Shown: positions 25,246-38,421 of the stretch, one piece after another
How the letters are laid out: each line of letters begins with the position of its first letter
Position numbering within the stretch: the stretch's first letter is position 1
Source: Octopus vulgaris
Lineage: Eukaryota
Length of the DNA: 64,000 bases
Assembly: GCA_951406725.2 (NCBI GenBank)
Contig: OX597826.1
Location: 70,494,001 to 70,558,000 of the forward strand
Direction: 5' to 3'
The notes under the pieces: model-generated
What the model saw: only the letters and a program-made list of their open reading frames with translations
The model's database searches: none
Told to the model about the DNA's origin: nothing
Made by a program: the position numbers and the translations under genes

Positions 25246-25346
25246 ATATATATATATGTGCATATATTTGTGTGTGTCTTTGTACTTATATATTTTTCAG
25301 ATTTTATTTATTGTACGTTGATTGTCTATTTCTATTTATTTGACAG

Positions 25347-25507
25347 TGCGTTGCTGGCATCTAGGGTTTTGAAGGAACACCTGAATCTATTGGGGAAGAT
25401 TGGATGTACTTTGGCAATTCTTGGTTCCACTATAATGGTTATTCATTCACCTAAAGAGCAGGAAGTGGCTAGCATGGAAGAATTAGAAGAAAAACTCAGA
25501 CAACCAG
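25347..25507 (+). CDS. NIPA2: NIPA2-like coding exon 4 (161 nt)
   Basis: tgacag|TGCGTTG...CCAG|gtaagt; [41 protein letters not shown]. Confidence 0.97.
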
Positions 25508-27354
25508 GTAAGTTAGTTTCTGTCTTCCTTCAGAGGAAGAGAAGGAGGAGGACTCTTGCAGTTCCAGGCAATGATGGATTTTGTTGGTGTTCCATCAAAA
25601 AACAAAAAATTCATCATTATTTCTTTGAACTGCAAGAGTCCTCCACATGGTTCTTGAATCATGATCGGTATTATTATTATTATTGTTAATCAATGACATT
25701 TCTTCTGCCTTTCTATTCTGTGTTTAAATTCCATCAAGGTCGACTTTGCTTCTCATCTTTTCAGGGTCGATAAATAAATACCACTCAGTAACTGAAGTCA
25801 TTTAAATCTATTAGCTGCCATCCGCCAAAATTTCAAGCCTTGTCCCTATAGTAGAAAGGATTATTATTAAGCGAGAGAGCAGCGCATGCAATCAAAGTGA
25901 CACTGGGGTGCAAATATACAAAGCCCAGTATACCCATCATGACTACCCATCTAATAAGGGTATAACGGCACATGCTTCACAACCATATGTGTGTGACATG
26001 GTGATGTATCAAGATAAACCACACATAACCTTGCAGGTGGGGTCCAGTCAGAATTTTCTTCAGGTCATGTAGCTCATCTCGCTCAAAATGTACCTGAATA
26101 AGGGTTGTTTAAGGATGTTGAACAAAACGCCCATATTTTTAGAGGTGAATTATTCAAACCCCTAAGAATTCCTCTCAACACATGGCTATGATACTCTCCA
26201 ACTACTTCTGCTTGTGATCAGAAATGCACATATCGTCTGCCACTAAGGGACTTGGTCAACTGGTTATGGTCAATCAACTGACAAGCAAATCTCTTGGTAT
26301 TGAGCGGAATATTTGCTGTCACCCATCTTTTATACCAAAGCAAAACAATGTACATGATAACACTTCCAATCAGTTAACCTCAGAAGCCATGAGAATCGGC
26401 CTGGGAATCATCATCATCATCATACGTCCGCTTTCCATGCTAGCATGGGTTGGATGGTTCAACTGGGGTCCGGGAAGCCAGGAGGCTGCACCAGGCTCCA
26501 GTCTGAACTGGCAGTGTTTCTACAGCTGGATGTCCTTCCTAACGCCAACCACTCCATGAGTGTAGTGGGTGCTTTTTACATGCCACTGGCACAGGTGCCA
26601 GAGGAGGCTGGCAAATGGCCATGATCGGATGGAAAAAATATTTCCTAGTTTATGCTGGTTGTTGTTCTCCGGTTTTTTTTTTTTATTTATATGTGTATTT
26701 TCATGAGAATTATTTTGTAGTAAAAATATAAAATTTATCTTTTATAATTTTGGAAAAATTTGCTTAATAACTTAAAACTGCCTGCCTCAAAAGAATGTCC
26801 TAATTGAGCTGAAGGCCAAATTACATTATTGAGAGTCAACAGATCTTAGCCTCCCTTACTCGGCACCATCTTATCTGCATCAGTTCAGTGTACCATTCTA
26901 TTACCAGCAAGTAAATGTTAACAAGACATCTTTGACTGTTTTTATTTGTGACTCATTTCTTTGTCTTAAATACTTTTAGTTTTCCAAATTCCCTGTTTGG
27001 TTATTTGCTTATTTGTTCTCAATGCTTTCCTGCACATACGAATCTGAATATGTTAATCGTTGTTGTGTTTTGTCACTGAACAACTTTACGATGATTCATT
27101 AGCATAAGGGATTCTGAGACACCCAGTATTTCAACACTGCTGTATCTCATCAGTGAAAGGCACTCTGAGACTAATGAATCTAACAAGAATTTGAGGCTCT
27201 TGTTTATAATTTTAGCAAACAATTAATTAATAAATGTTAATTAGGAACAAATTGAGTCATGCAGTCAGGAACTACTTATTTATGTGTATTTGCACCCCTA
27301 ATTCTGTATGATTTCTCCACTCTATTTTTCTCTTTTCATTTTTTTTATTTTCAG

Positions 27355-27971
27355 TGTTTCTCATCTATGCGACCTTGGTGGCATTTACCACAACTATTCT
27401 CATTATCTACTACGTGCCTCAGTATGGTAACAAAAACGTCTTTCTCTACATTGGAATCTGCTCACTGCTTGGCACTTTCACCGTGATGGGCTGCAAAGGG
27501 CTGGGTGTGGCAATGAAGCAGACCGCGTCTGGAGAGATGAACATCTTGCTGAACTGGTTGTCATGGTTATTGGTGATAGTGGTCGCCACTTGTATAGTGT
27601 TGCAGCTGAACTACCTCAACCGATCATTAGATACATTCAACACAGCAGTGGTCACTCCTATTTACTATGTCCTGTTCACATCTTCAGTGATGGTCGCCTC
27701 GCTGATCCTCTTCAAAGAGTGGGTCAATATGGACCTGTTGGACATTATTGGCAACATGTGCGGCTTCATGACGATCATTGCCGGAATCTTCCTACTCAAC
27801 GCTTTCAAAGACATGAACATCAGCCTCAGTAATTTGCCAAGCTCAAAGAAGGTCGACTACAATCCGGCACTCAATCACCTCAACAACGACACCAAGCTGA
27901 TCTCCATCAAACACGATGACTGTCAGAACTTGCTTCTGTCGCACTCCAGCGACATCAACTACAACTATTAA
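27355..27971 (+). CDS. NIPA2: NIPA2-like coding exon 5 (terminal)
   Basis: tttcag| acceptor; QLNYLNRSLDTFNTAVVTPIYYVLFTSSV...LFKEW...GIFLLNAFKD; stop TAA 27969-27971; exons sum to 1089 nt, in frame. Confidence 0.97.
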
Positions 27972-28692
27972 ATTTTTATTCCCATGACGCTCTCTGTCAT
28001 ATCTACTGTTCAGTTTATATATGGCTCTCTGTTTAACCACGGACCACTGGAAGTACCCTCAACTGGCCACCGACAGTACCATCTTCTGGTTGCTGGCTGT
28101 CAGCCTTTTGAATGGTAAATTTGAGCCGAGGTAGTTTCCACTGACCGATTGATTGCTCTCAGTGTCAGTGATAAGTGTTTATTGTCAAATGTCATAAAAC
28201 ACTTGTTTGACGTGTACTGCCTACTGAACACTGGTCAGTGACCAGTACCTGCTGGTGGTCATTTGACCAGCAATCACTTTGCAGATCATATTGGTCTGTA
28301 TCCAGCAGTTCCAGGCCAGAGATATGTGGCTAGCATCATCAGGACAGTATCAGAGTCTAGTACAATCAAGGCTCTGGTCATTGTCCAGAACCACTAGGTC
28401 ACTGGTCAGAAGCCAAAATTTGTCCTTGTTTAAAAAAAAAGTCAAAAAAGAAGAAAACCTAGCAGCCCATATCTTGTTGCTCCCTGGAAAGTTCCAGAAA
28501 AATGAAAGAAAAAAGAAAAAAAAAAGAGGAAAAGAAGAAAAACCAATTTATTCAAATTTGTTATATTTAATGAGATAAAATCTGGTCACTGGTCAATGTT
28601 GGAAGAGACAGTGTCTCAAATGTTGACCATCTCAGTGGTAATTTACCAAAGAATCCATATATGTATCATAAAAGTCCTACAACAGAAAGTAG

Positions 28693-28698
28693 AATAAA
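28693..28698 (+). terminator. Candidate polyadenylation signal of the NIPA2-like gene
   Basis: First AATAAA I found after the stop codon, at the end of unique sequence before microsatellites. Confidence 0.35.
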
Positions 28699-29295
28699 AC
28701 TATACACACACACACACATACACACACTCAACTCTACACACACTACAGGTACACATGTACACTACACCATATGAACAATACTTTATATTTCTTTTACATA
28801 CATCACCTGAAATCCTTCTGTGCATGTGTTTATACACACACACATATGCACATACACATATTCAACATTTATGTTTGTGTGTGTGTATATATTTATATAT
28901 ATATATGTTCAACATTTACATGTATATATGTATATATCCGACATTTACATGTGTATATATGTATTTATATATGATATGTTAAATAATATGTATTATGTGT
29001 ATCTAATTAAAGGTGCACTAATACAGTGTGTACATTTATATTCAGTCTGATTTTGTATACTCAAACATGAAAATACTTTTTATTGTAAATTAACACAAAT
29101 ATATTTAATACAAATGTACACAACTTAGTTTTAATGCAATGCAATACAATATATATATATATATATAATTTAAATAATGAGGGAGATAAATTGAATATTA
29201 ATTTAATTAATATCAATTTAAAACCAGTAGCCTAGCATATATAAAAAAAATTTGAAGAATCAGAAAGAATTTCAATACATCTGTATATTTGGGGC

Positions 29296-29752
29296 TACAA
29301 CCACTAGGTGGATAACCATATGCTAGAAGAAGATCACATACGATCTAACTACAAAGAAAGAATGTTCTCCAGAGATTTATCTGGAGAACATTCTTTCTTT
29401 GTAGTATATATCTTCTTCTATATGGTTATCCACCTAGTGGATGTATATATATATATATATATATATATACGTGTGTATGTATATGTATGTGAATGTGCCT
29501 GTGTGTTTGTGCATATATAGGATGGCCCAAAAGCAGGGTTACAGTTATCACGTAGACACTTTAAATTTCTTTTAAAACATTTGATTTCATATAAATTTCT
29601 GTCTTACAAACTGAAAAGTGAGCTTGACAAAATTAACTAAATTAGCATAGAATAATGGTTTCATGTTTTTTTATGATTAAGATCTTAACTCTTAATATAC
29701 GAATGCGAAAGAGATTGTTGAATAACTGTAAACCTACTTTTGGGCCACCCTG

Positions 29753-29796
<44 letters not shown>

Positions 29797-29964
29797 TGTT
29801 TAGCAGAGTGGCTGAAGGTCTGAGAGTTTTATGCTTTGGCACTTATAAGTGCCATTGCACGAAACCCTCGGACCTTGAGTCACTCTGTTGCTTCTACTAA
29901 ATATTAATAAGAATATACATGTACTCTTATTTTGAGTTTTGTTTTTCCTGTTTGCACCAACATA

Positions 29965-30008
<44 letters not shown>

Positions 30009-30409
30009 AATAAACATAAAAGTGAAACAAAGTGGAAAAAAAAGAGTACTCAAATACCAAATATGCCGAAACAAAAAATTGTCGACAATTTTTTGTTTCA
30101 GCATATTTGGCATTAGAATTTTTCTTTTGCCCTTATCTTGTAAATATATATATATGAGATAATGGTGTCATTGAGACCCACAGGTGTCAGGTAATGCTGA
30201 ATAAGTGCTATAGACAGACCATAGTTAAGTTCCAGATTCGGTAATATTGCGAATAAAGAGTTCAACGTTGGTTCTATGTCAGCGTGTGTATATAAGAAAT
30301 TTTTGCGTAATAAGATAAAAAGCCAAGGCTGTGTAGATATTTGACCTATCTATAAATGCTCTAATATCTACACAGCCTTGGTTTTTTTTATCTTATTATG
30401 CAAAAAATT

Positions 30410-30413
<4 letters not shown>
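29296..30413. repeat. Cluster of palindromes separated by (TA)n, plus a Tc1/mariner MITE (29518-29752)
   Basis: Foldbacks at 29296-29445, 29793-29907, 30053-30114 and 30291-30413. Confidence 0.85.
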
Positions 30414-30453
<40 letters not shown>

Positions 30454-30739
30454 GGAATATACAACATACCTATATATATATTTATTTAAGAAGAAGCTTG
30501 AAAACGCCACTATATAACATAAATTTTAATTTTCTTAGAGATTTTACATGTTTCGGTTCTTCTTGAAAAAACGAACCTTATCAAAAATATTTTTAAAAAT
30601 TAAGTGTAATAATAAAAAAAGTTCATAATTGTTTCTTACTAGTCTCAAGAGTCCACGTGGTGGTGTTTTTTTTTGGGGGGTGGGGGAGCATAATGGCTGT
30701 CTTGTGTGTTGACTAGAATCGTTGGCTGTCATGCATATA

Positions 30740-30789
<50 letters not shown>

Positions 30790-31077
30790 AACACAAGTAC
30801 ATTCATTATATGCATAAGGAAGAGGGTTGGCTGTGTTTTCAAAGTTTTGCTGATGACTGACTTTATATCAGCACACAGTCTAATGAAACCTGGCCTCAGT
30901 GAAGCTATAGAGACACTGTCAAACTTTTCCATGTAGAAGGATATTTTATATCCCCCCTCAAATGCATTGATTGCTCTTTCAATCAAAATTTGGTTGTTTG
31001 TTATGTATGAGTGTGCATTTATAAAAAAAAAAAAGTGTGTATATATGTGTGGGGGTATGTGTGTATATATCTACGTA

Positions 31078-31133
<56 letters not shown>

Positions 31134-31620
31134 CATACATACATACACATATATACATACATATATAGATGTGTGTGTGTGTGTGCATACTTGAATGTGA
31201 GTTTGTGTAAGCATGTGCATTGTGTATACAAATATATATGAAAGTATGTGTTATATATATATATAGATAGTGTTCTGGCATGACCACAGCCGCATGGCTG
31301 AAATGAATAAAAGAATATAAATATGTATACACACACACCCACACACATATATATATACATGCATGTGTGTATGCATGTATATTGAGCGTTTGTAAAGACA
31401 TTTTCACTTTTCTGCCAAATTTTGAAAAAATTTGGAATTTGTTTTGTATTTTTATTGTTGAGATTTTTACATTTTTATCCCAAGTTTTAATAGTTGTTGA
31501 TAATAATAATAATAATACTCATGAGGATTTATAATCATCATCATCATCATTATTATCATTATGTTATCATCTTATAAATAAACACTAAAAATTACAGTCA
31601 ATGAATTTGCCTTTTGTGTT

Positions 31621-32405
31621 TCTCTTTTACTTGTTTCAGTCATTTGACTGTGGCCATACTGGAGCACCGCCTTTTAGTCGAGCAAATCGACCCCAGGACT
31701 TATTCTTTGTAAGCCTAGTACTTATTCTTTCGGTCTCTTTTGCTGAACCGCTAAGTTATGGGGACATAAACACACCAGCATCAGTTGTCAAGCAATGTTG
31801 GAGGGACAGACACAGACACACAAACATATACACACACATACATATATACATATATACGACAGGCTTCTTTCAGTTTCCGTCTACCAAATCCACTCACAAG
31901 GCTTTGGTCGGCCCGAGGCTATAGCAGAAGACACTTTCCCAAGGTGCCACACAGTGGAACTGAACCTGGAACCATGTGGTTGGTTAGCAAGCTACTTACC
32001 ACACAGCCATTCCTACGCCGATCTTTACATTTTATCTTTTACTTGTTTTGGTCATGTAACTGTGGCCATGCTAGAGCACTGCTTTGAAGGGTTTTAGTTA
32101 AACAACTGATTCCCAGGTCTTATTTTTTTTTAAGCTTAGTACTTATTCTATCAGTCTTTTGCTTGACTGCTAAGTTATGGGGATGTAAACACACCAACAC
32201 CAGTGGTGGGGGGACAAACAGACACAAAGACACACACACACAGATACCTACATATATACAACAGACTTCTTTCAGTTTCTGTCTACCAAATCCACTCATA
32301 AGTCCTTGGTCAGTCCAAGTCTATAGCAGAAGACACTTGCCCAAGGTGCCACACAGTGGGACTGAACCTGGAACGATGTGATTAGGAAGCAAGCTTCTTA
32401 CCACA
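31621..32405 (-). mobile_element. Two adjacent family A SINEs
   Basis: 31621-32018 (young) and about 32030-32405 (more diverged). Confidence 0.85.
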
Positions 32406-32946
32406 TTTTAAGTAACATCTTTGTGTAGCAGAAGATTTGCTCAACCGGCCTGTGCAATTTGAACAATCTATCTCGGTTAATAAAACAAGTTATACCTGCT
32501 TCTGTATAATTTTTCCAACAACCCCCATGTATAATATATGTGTGTGTGTGTATGTTACATGATCTCCACACTCACAATTACTGACAGGTATAAGGAAACT
32601 TGCCTTTAAAACTCAGATAAAAGACAATAAATATGGCATAATCATCAGATATTTCAGTCAATAGGTACTTTTGTCACCAGGTGTATTAGTCACCACATGC
32701 CTTAGTCATCATGTCTATTAGTCATCTGGTGTCTTAATCATAAGCCATGTTAGCCCTGTATGAATATATTAGAAATAATGATTTCTTATTGAATCTATTA
32801 TTTTGACTATAATACATGCACAAGGCAGCTGATAATCAATAGGAAACAAACTAAGCAAAACTGCAAACGTAAATGTTGTAGGTATACACCTTAAAGGTAA
32901 CATCATTAGTAAAGGAAAATTAGCATATTCACCTATTTTGCTAATA

Positions 32947-33460
32947 CCGTAAATCCTCGAGTATAGTCTGCCCTTGAGTACAATACGCAGGGGATTTTTA
33001 GGGGGCTGTACCTCTGAAAAACCCAAACCTTGTGTATAATACACACCTGTTCTCTAACTTGAGTCAAGGAGGTGTCTATATAAGGTCCTTGGTTTGTAAA
33101 AATGTATATGGTAATGTCCTTTATTATTATTGTATATATAACATAATGCAAACGTGTAGCTTTTTTGTGTATTTTGTTTGCAGAAAATAAAGAAATAACA
33201 GTAATAACGTTTAATAAATGTTGCTTACTGCAAGTTATGGATGATTCTTTTATGACTTCATTGCTTTCAGGCTTAGCTTAAGGTATTTTCGCGCCCGACA
33301 TCACAAAATGCATCTGAATAAACATTGCCGGACAGCAAATAGAGACTCGGTCATTGCTTAGAAAATAATTTTCATTTTTAACCTCGTATATAGTATGCAC
33401 TAGGGATTTTGACCTTTAAATTTTGGGGAAAAAAATTGGATTATACTTGAGGATTTACGG
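32947..33460. mobile_element. pogo/Tc2-type non-autonomous DNA transposon (514 bp)
   Basis: TA-CCGTAAATCCTCGAGTATA ... TATACTTGAGGATTTACGG-TA. Confidence 0.85.
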
Positions 33461-33514
33461 TACATGCCAATTTAATGATGAAAAGGGGGAAGTTGTTAAT
33501 TTTTACAAACCTAA

Positions 33515-34533
33515 TATTCTTTTCTACTCTAGGCACAGGGCCCAAATTTTGGTGGGGTGTAGGGGTGCAGTCAATTAGATCGACCCTGGCATGCAACTGG
33601 TACTTAATTTATCGACCCTGAAAGGATGAAAGGCAAAGTCGACCTCGGCGGAATTTGAACTCAGAATGTAAAGACAGACGAAATACTGCTAAGCATTTCG
33701 CCCAGATTTTGTAATATATTCTTTTCTTCTCTGAGCACAAGGCCCGAAGTTTTTGGGGAATGGAGACAGTTGATTAGATCGACCCTAGTACACAACTGGT
33801 TCTTAATTTATCAACCCCAAAAGGATGAAAGGCAGAGTTTACCTCAGCAGAATTTGAACTCAGAATGTAAAGACAAACGAAATAGCGCTAAGCATTTCAT
33901 GCTAACAATTCTTATTTCTTTATTGCCCACAAGGGGCTAAACATAGAGGGGACAAACAAGGACAGACAAAGGGATTAAGTCGATTACATCGACTCCAGTG
34001 TGTAGCTGGTACTTAATTTATCAACCCCTAAAGGATGAAAGGCAAAGTTGACCTCGGCAGAATTTGAAGTCAAAACATAGCGACAGACGAAATACTGCTA
34101 AGCATTTCGCCCAGATTTTGTAATATATTCTTTTCCACTCTAGGCACAAGGCCCGAAATTTGGGGTGGGGGAATGGGGACAGTTGATTAGATTGACACCA
34201 GTACACAACTGGTTCTTAATTTATCAACCCCAAAAGGATGAAAAGCAAACTCTACCTCAGTGGAATTTGAACTAAGAGCGTAATGGCAGATGAAATACCT
34301 ATTTCTTTACTACCCACAAGAGGCTAAACATACAGAGAGGACAAACAAGGACAGACAAACGAATTAAGTCGATTACATCGACCTCAGTGCGTAACTGGTA
34401 CTTAATTTATCGACCCCGAAAGGATGAAAGGCAAAGTCGACCTCGGCGGAATTTGAACTCAGAACGTAACGGCAGACGAAATACCGCTAAGCATTTTGCC
34501 CGGCGTGCTAACAATTCTGCCAGCTCGCCGCCT
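33515..34533 (-). mobile_element. Tandem array of SINE family B units
   Basis: About 5 head-to-tail copies of the GGATGAAAGGCAAAGTCGACCTCGGCGGAATTTGAACTC block. Confidence 0.85.
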
Positions 34534-35518
34534 TTACAAATCCTGTATTGGAATTAAAAAAAAACCAAGCCTGGCTAAAAGAGCATAATATGGATTGTGA
34601 CAGCTGGCCATAATATGCAATTTAATACATGCAAATAATTTATTTATTCAGTTTTTTTGACTGTCTCTGATTAAACATCTGCTGCGTGTCCTGCATAAAT
34701 TAGGATTTTAGGTGAACTGCTAGGAATTTTGGTTGCAGCTGGACTGAGATTGATGTCCTCATGGTGAGGGGGTTAAATGGGGAGTAGAACAAGCTAACAA
34801 CTTACAGGATTTTTGGGGTAAATCTGTGAATTTTATCTGGAACAGCTTGATGTATTGGAGAGCAGATAATGGCTTTGGAGAGCAAGGAGATTGAAACTGT
34901 AGTTAAGAGGAAGGTAGCTGACATGGAGGAGTGGAGGGCATCTTAATATTGGGAAAGAGTTACCTGTATCCTAACGATTCATGCCAGGTATCGAAATGCC
35001 GATGATCGACTGCTTGGAACTGGCCAGGAGCTAGCATTTAGTGGGATGGTCAGCACCCCAGGTCAGTGGGTGAAGCAGTCCTCCTCATTAGATGCAGGTG
35101 GAGTGTCATTGAATAGTGCACACAGCCTGATATGGCACACACAAAGCTGTGGATATCAGCACAAGTCTGAAATTCGTTACTAGATGGAGTGAAGGGGGAT
35201 AAAATGCAGACCCCCTACTGAGGAGGGAGCACTCCACCTCAGAGAGGGGGAAGATCGGGAGGAATGTTAACAACAGACTGATGTGGAGAAGGGGTGAATG
35301 TGTCAGATGTGGGATGGGTAGTGAGATAGTTGGAGGCTGGGAGGAGGGTGTGTGTGTGTGGGGGTTGGAGTGAGGATGAGGGGGAGAATATCAGGGAGGG
35401 AGGGAGTGGTGGAGGAGTTCAGGTAGTGGCATCTGGTGTGATGGAATGGAGGAGTAAATGGAGTATATGTTGTTTAGTGTGGGCGAGTAATTCATGAAAG
35501 AGATGATTTAAATGGATT

Positions 35519-35901
35519 AGGCGCAGGAGTGGCTGTGTGGTAAGTAGCTTGTTTACCAACCACATGGTTCCGGGTTCAGTCCCACTGCGTGGCACCTTGG
35601 GCAAGTGTCTTCTACTATAGCCTCGGGCCGACCAAAGCCTTGTGAGTGGATTTGGTAGACGGAAACTGAAAGAAGCCCGTCGTATATATATATGTATATA
35701 TATATGAATGTGTGTGTGTCTGTGTTTGTTCCCCTAGCATTGCTTGACAACTGATGCTGGTGTGTTTATGTCCCCGTTACTTAGCGGTTCGGCAAAAGAG
35801 GCCAATAGAATAAGTACTGGGCTTACAAAAGAATAAGTCCCGATTAAAGGCGGTGCTCCAGCATGGCCGCAGTCAAATGACTGAAACAAGTAAAAAGAGT
35901 A
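35519..35901 (+). mobile_element. SINE family A, full length
   Basis: AGGCGCAGGAGTGGCTGTGTGG head to GTAAAAAGAG tail; another copy at 36538-36925. Confidence 0.9.
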
Positions 35902-37397
35902 TGTAACATAAAGCAGAGTGTGCATGGGAGGGAGGGTGACTGAGAGGAGAAGAAGATGGAATAAGCGAGAGGGAGAAGGTGGTCAAAGGTGTGTATTTTG
36001 AAGAGATTAGAATGAATGGTGGCACACATAAGGCAGGAGGAAGTAGTACGGAGTATGGGTAGGATGGCTGAAACATAGTGGAGAGTGGGGTAGAAATGGA
36101 GGCGGAAAGCTTTGGGGATGAGGTGGTGATGGAGGCAGCGACTGAGATATGAAATGTGGCTAGAGAAGCATGTTTGTTTTTGAAAATTAGAAGGGTAAGA
36201 TTAATAGAAGGGTGAAAGCAATGGAAAGGGAGGGTGGAAAGGTGTTCTTTAGGCAGTGGTGAAGGTGGAGAAGGAAAGATTTGTAATTGGGCATGAGTGA
36301 AAAAGGAGGAAAAAGGGGGAGAGAAAGGCAAAATAATGACATATGGAGTTTAGAGGCTCAAAAGAAATTCTAAAGGTGCGAGGGGAAAAACTACAAGAGG
36401 TGAGAGGAGAAGAAAAATAGAAAAATGAGAAAAAATACAAGTGGCAAGAGAAGAAGAAAAATAAAAACAAGGAGAGAAAGAAGGAGAAAGAGGGAAGAAA
36501 CAGAGAGAAAAGAAAGGAAGAAAGAAGATGAAAAGGTGTAGGAATGGCTATGTGGTAAGTAGCTTGCTTACCAACCACATAGTTCTGGGTTCAGTCCCAC
36601 TGTGTGGCACCTTGGGCAAGTGTCTTCTACTATAGCCTTGGAGTGGCTGTAGTAGAAGACACTTGTGATATGATTTGGTAGATGGAAACTGAAAGAAGCC
36701 CGTCATATATATGTATATAAATATGTGTGTGTGTGTGTGTGTGTGTGCATGTGTGTGTGTGTGTGTGTATGTTTGTGTGTCTGTGTTTGTCTTGCCGCCC
36801 CAACATCGCTTGACAACCGATGCTGGTGTATTTAAGTGCCCATAACTTAGCGGTTTGGTAAAAGAGACTGATAGAATAAATACTAGGCTTACAAAGAATA
36901 AGTCCTGGGGTTGAGTTGCTCGATTAACAGAGTAAGAAAAACAACAATAGGAACACACACACACACACATGTCTATGTGTGTGTGTGTGTGCATGAGCAA
37001 ACAAGTACACACCCATACAGTCATATATACAAATGCTTAGGCATCCATATCAAAGAATATAAAACCATTATATCTTTCGATATTCTTGTATAAAGCTTGA
37101 GCTATTGTTTCTGTTACATTAATTTTCTGTATGAAGACCACTTCACGCTTTCATGTGAAGAGAGTGCATTTTTTTTTTTTGGTTGACTTTTATCTGTGGG
37201 ATGATAAAACGCAAACTCCTACACACAGTTTTATGCTGCAAATTGATACTGATGTATATCTTATAAAATTGATGACAGATGCTAAGATAAGTGGAGAGCT
37301 TTGAAGATTTAGTTCCTGCAGTGCCATTATGGGTCTGCACCATCTCAACTACTTGGAGAAACGTATTCTCTTGGTAACATTATGTTAAGCTACTACA

Positions 37398-38246
37398 AGC
37401 TGGCAGAAACGTTAAAACGCCGGGCGAAATGCATAGCCGTATTTCGTCTGCCGTTACGTTCTGAGTTCAAATTCCGCCGAGGTCGACTTTACCTTTCATC
37501 CTTTCGGGGTCGATAAATTAAGTACCAGTTTCCCACTGGGGGTCGATGTAATCGACTTAAGAAAAAAAAAGAGACAGTTGCACTGGGAAAACCATGGTTT
37601 ACATGCTGAGTTGACGACAGCACCACAAAATATTATATAAAAACAAGGCAATGAGCTGGAAGAATCGTTAGCACACCGGACGAAATGCTCAGTGGTATCT
37701 TGTCTGCCGCTACATTCTGAGTTCAAATTCCGCCGAGGTCAACTTTACCTTTCATCCTTTCTGGGTCGATTAAATAAGTACCAGTTACACACTGGGGTCG
37801 ATATAATCGACTTAATCCGTGTGTCTGTCCTTGTTTGTCCCCTCTGTGTTTAGCCCCTTGTGGGTAGTAAAGAAATAGGTATTTCGTCAGTCTTTATGTT
37901 CAGAGTTCAAATTCCGCCGAAGTCGACTTTGCCTTTCATCCTTTCTGGGTCGATAAATTAAGTACCAGTTACGCACTGGGGTCGATACAATTGACTTAAT
38001 CCATTTGTCTGTCCTTGTTTGTCCTTTCTGTGCTTAGCCCCTTGCGAGTAGTAAAGAAATAGGTATTTCGTCAGTCTTTATGTTCAGAGTTCAAATTCCA
38101 CCGAGGTCGACTTTGCCTTTCATCCTTTCTGGGTCAATCAAATAAGTACCAGTTACACACTGGGGTCGATGTAATCGACTTAATCCGTTTATCTGTCTTT
38201 GTTTGTCCTCTATGTGTTTAGCCCCTTGTGGGTAGTAAAGAAATAG
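37398..38246 (+). mobile_element. Tandem array of SINE family B units
   Basis: One partial copy plus a trimer of about 184-bp units joined at AAAGAAATAG|GTATTTCGTC. Confidence 0.85.
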
Positions 38247-38421
38247 AAAATATTATATAAATACCTGGAGATATTCTACTTGAGTTAAGGATTTGATACT
38301 ATTTGAAGTGGGCCTCTCAAGTGCGTAACTGGTACTTAATTTAGCGACCCCGAAAGGATGAAAGGCAAAGTTGACCGCTAAGCATTTTGCCCGGTGTGCT
38401 AATGCTTCTGCCAGCTCACCC

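Noticed and set aside
27100-27160. - strand CTGATGA-stem-GAAA...GTC hammerhead-like motif
   Set aside because: Stems II and III rely on several G.U pairs and stem I does not pair. At best it is a decayed relic.
30841-30928. AAAGTTTTG-CTGATGA...GAGACACTGTC-AAACTTT hammerhead-like motif
   Set aside because: GAAA is mutated or misplaced and stem II is undefined, so it is too degenerate to call.
34640-36535. Purine-rich stretch with - strand ORFs (35873-36331, 36249-36578)
   Set aside because: Low-complexity F/S/P/L translations with no recognisable domain or splice pattern; probably decayed repeat.
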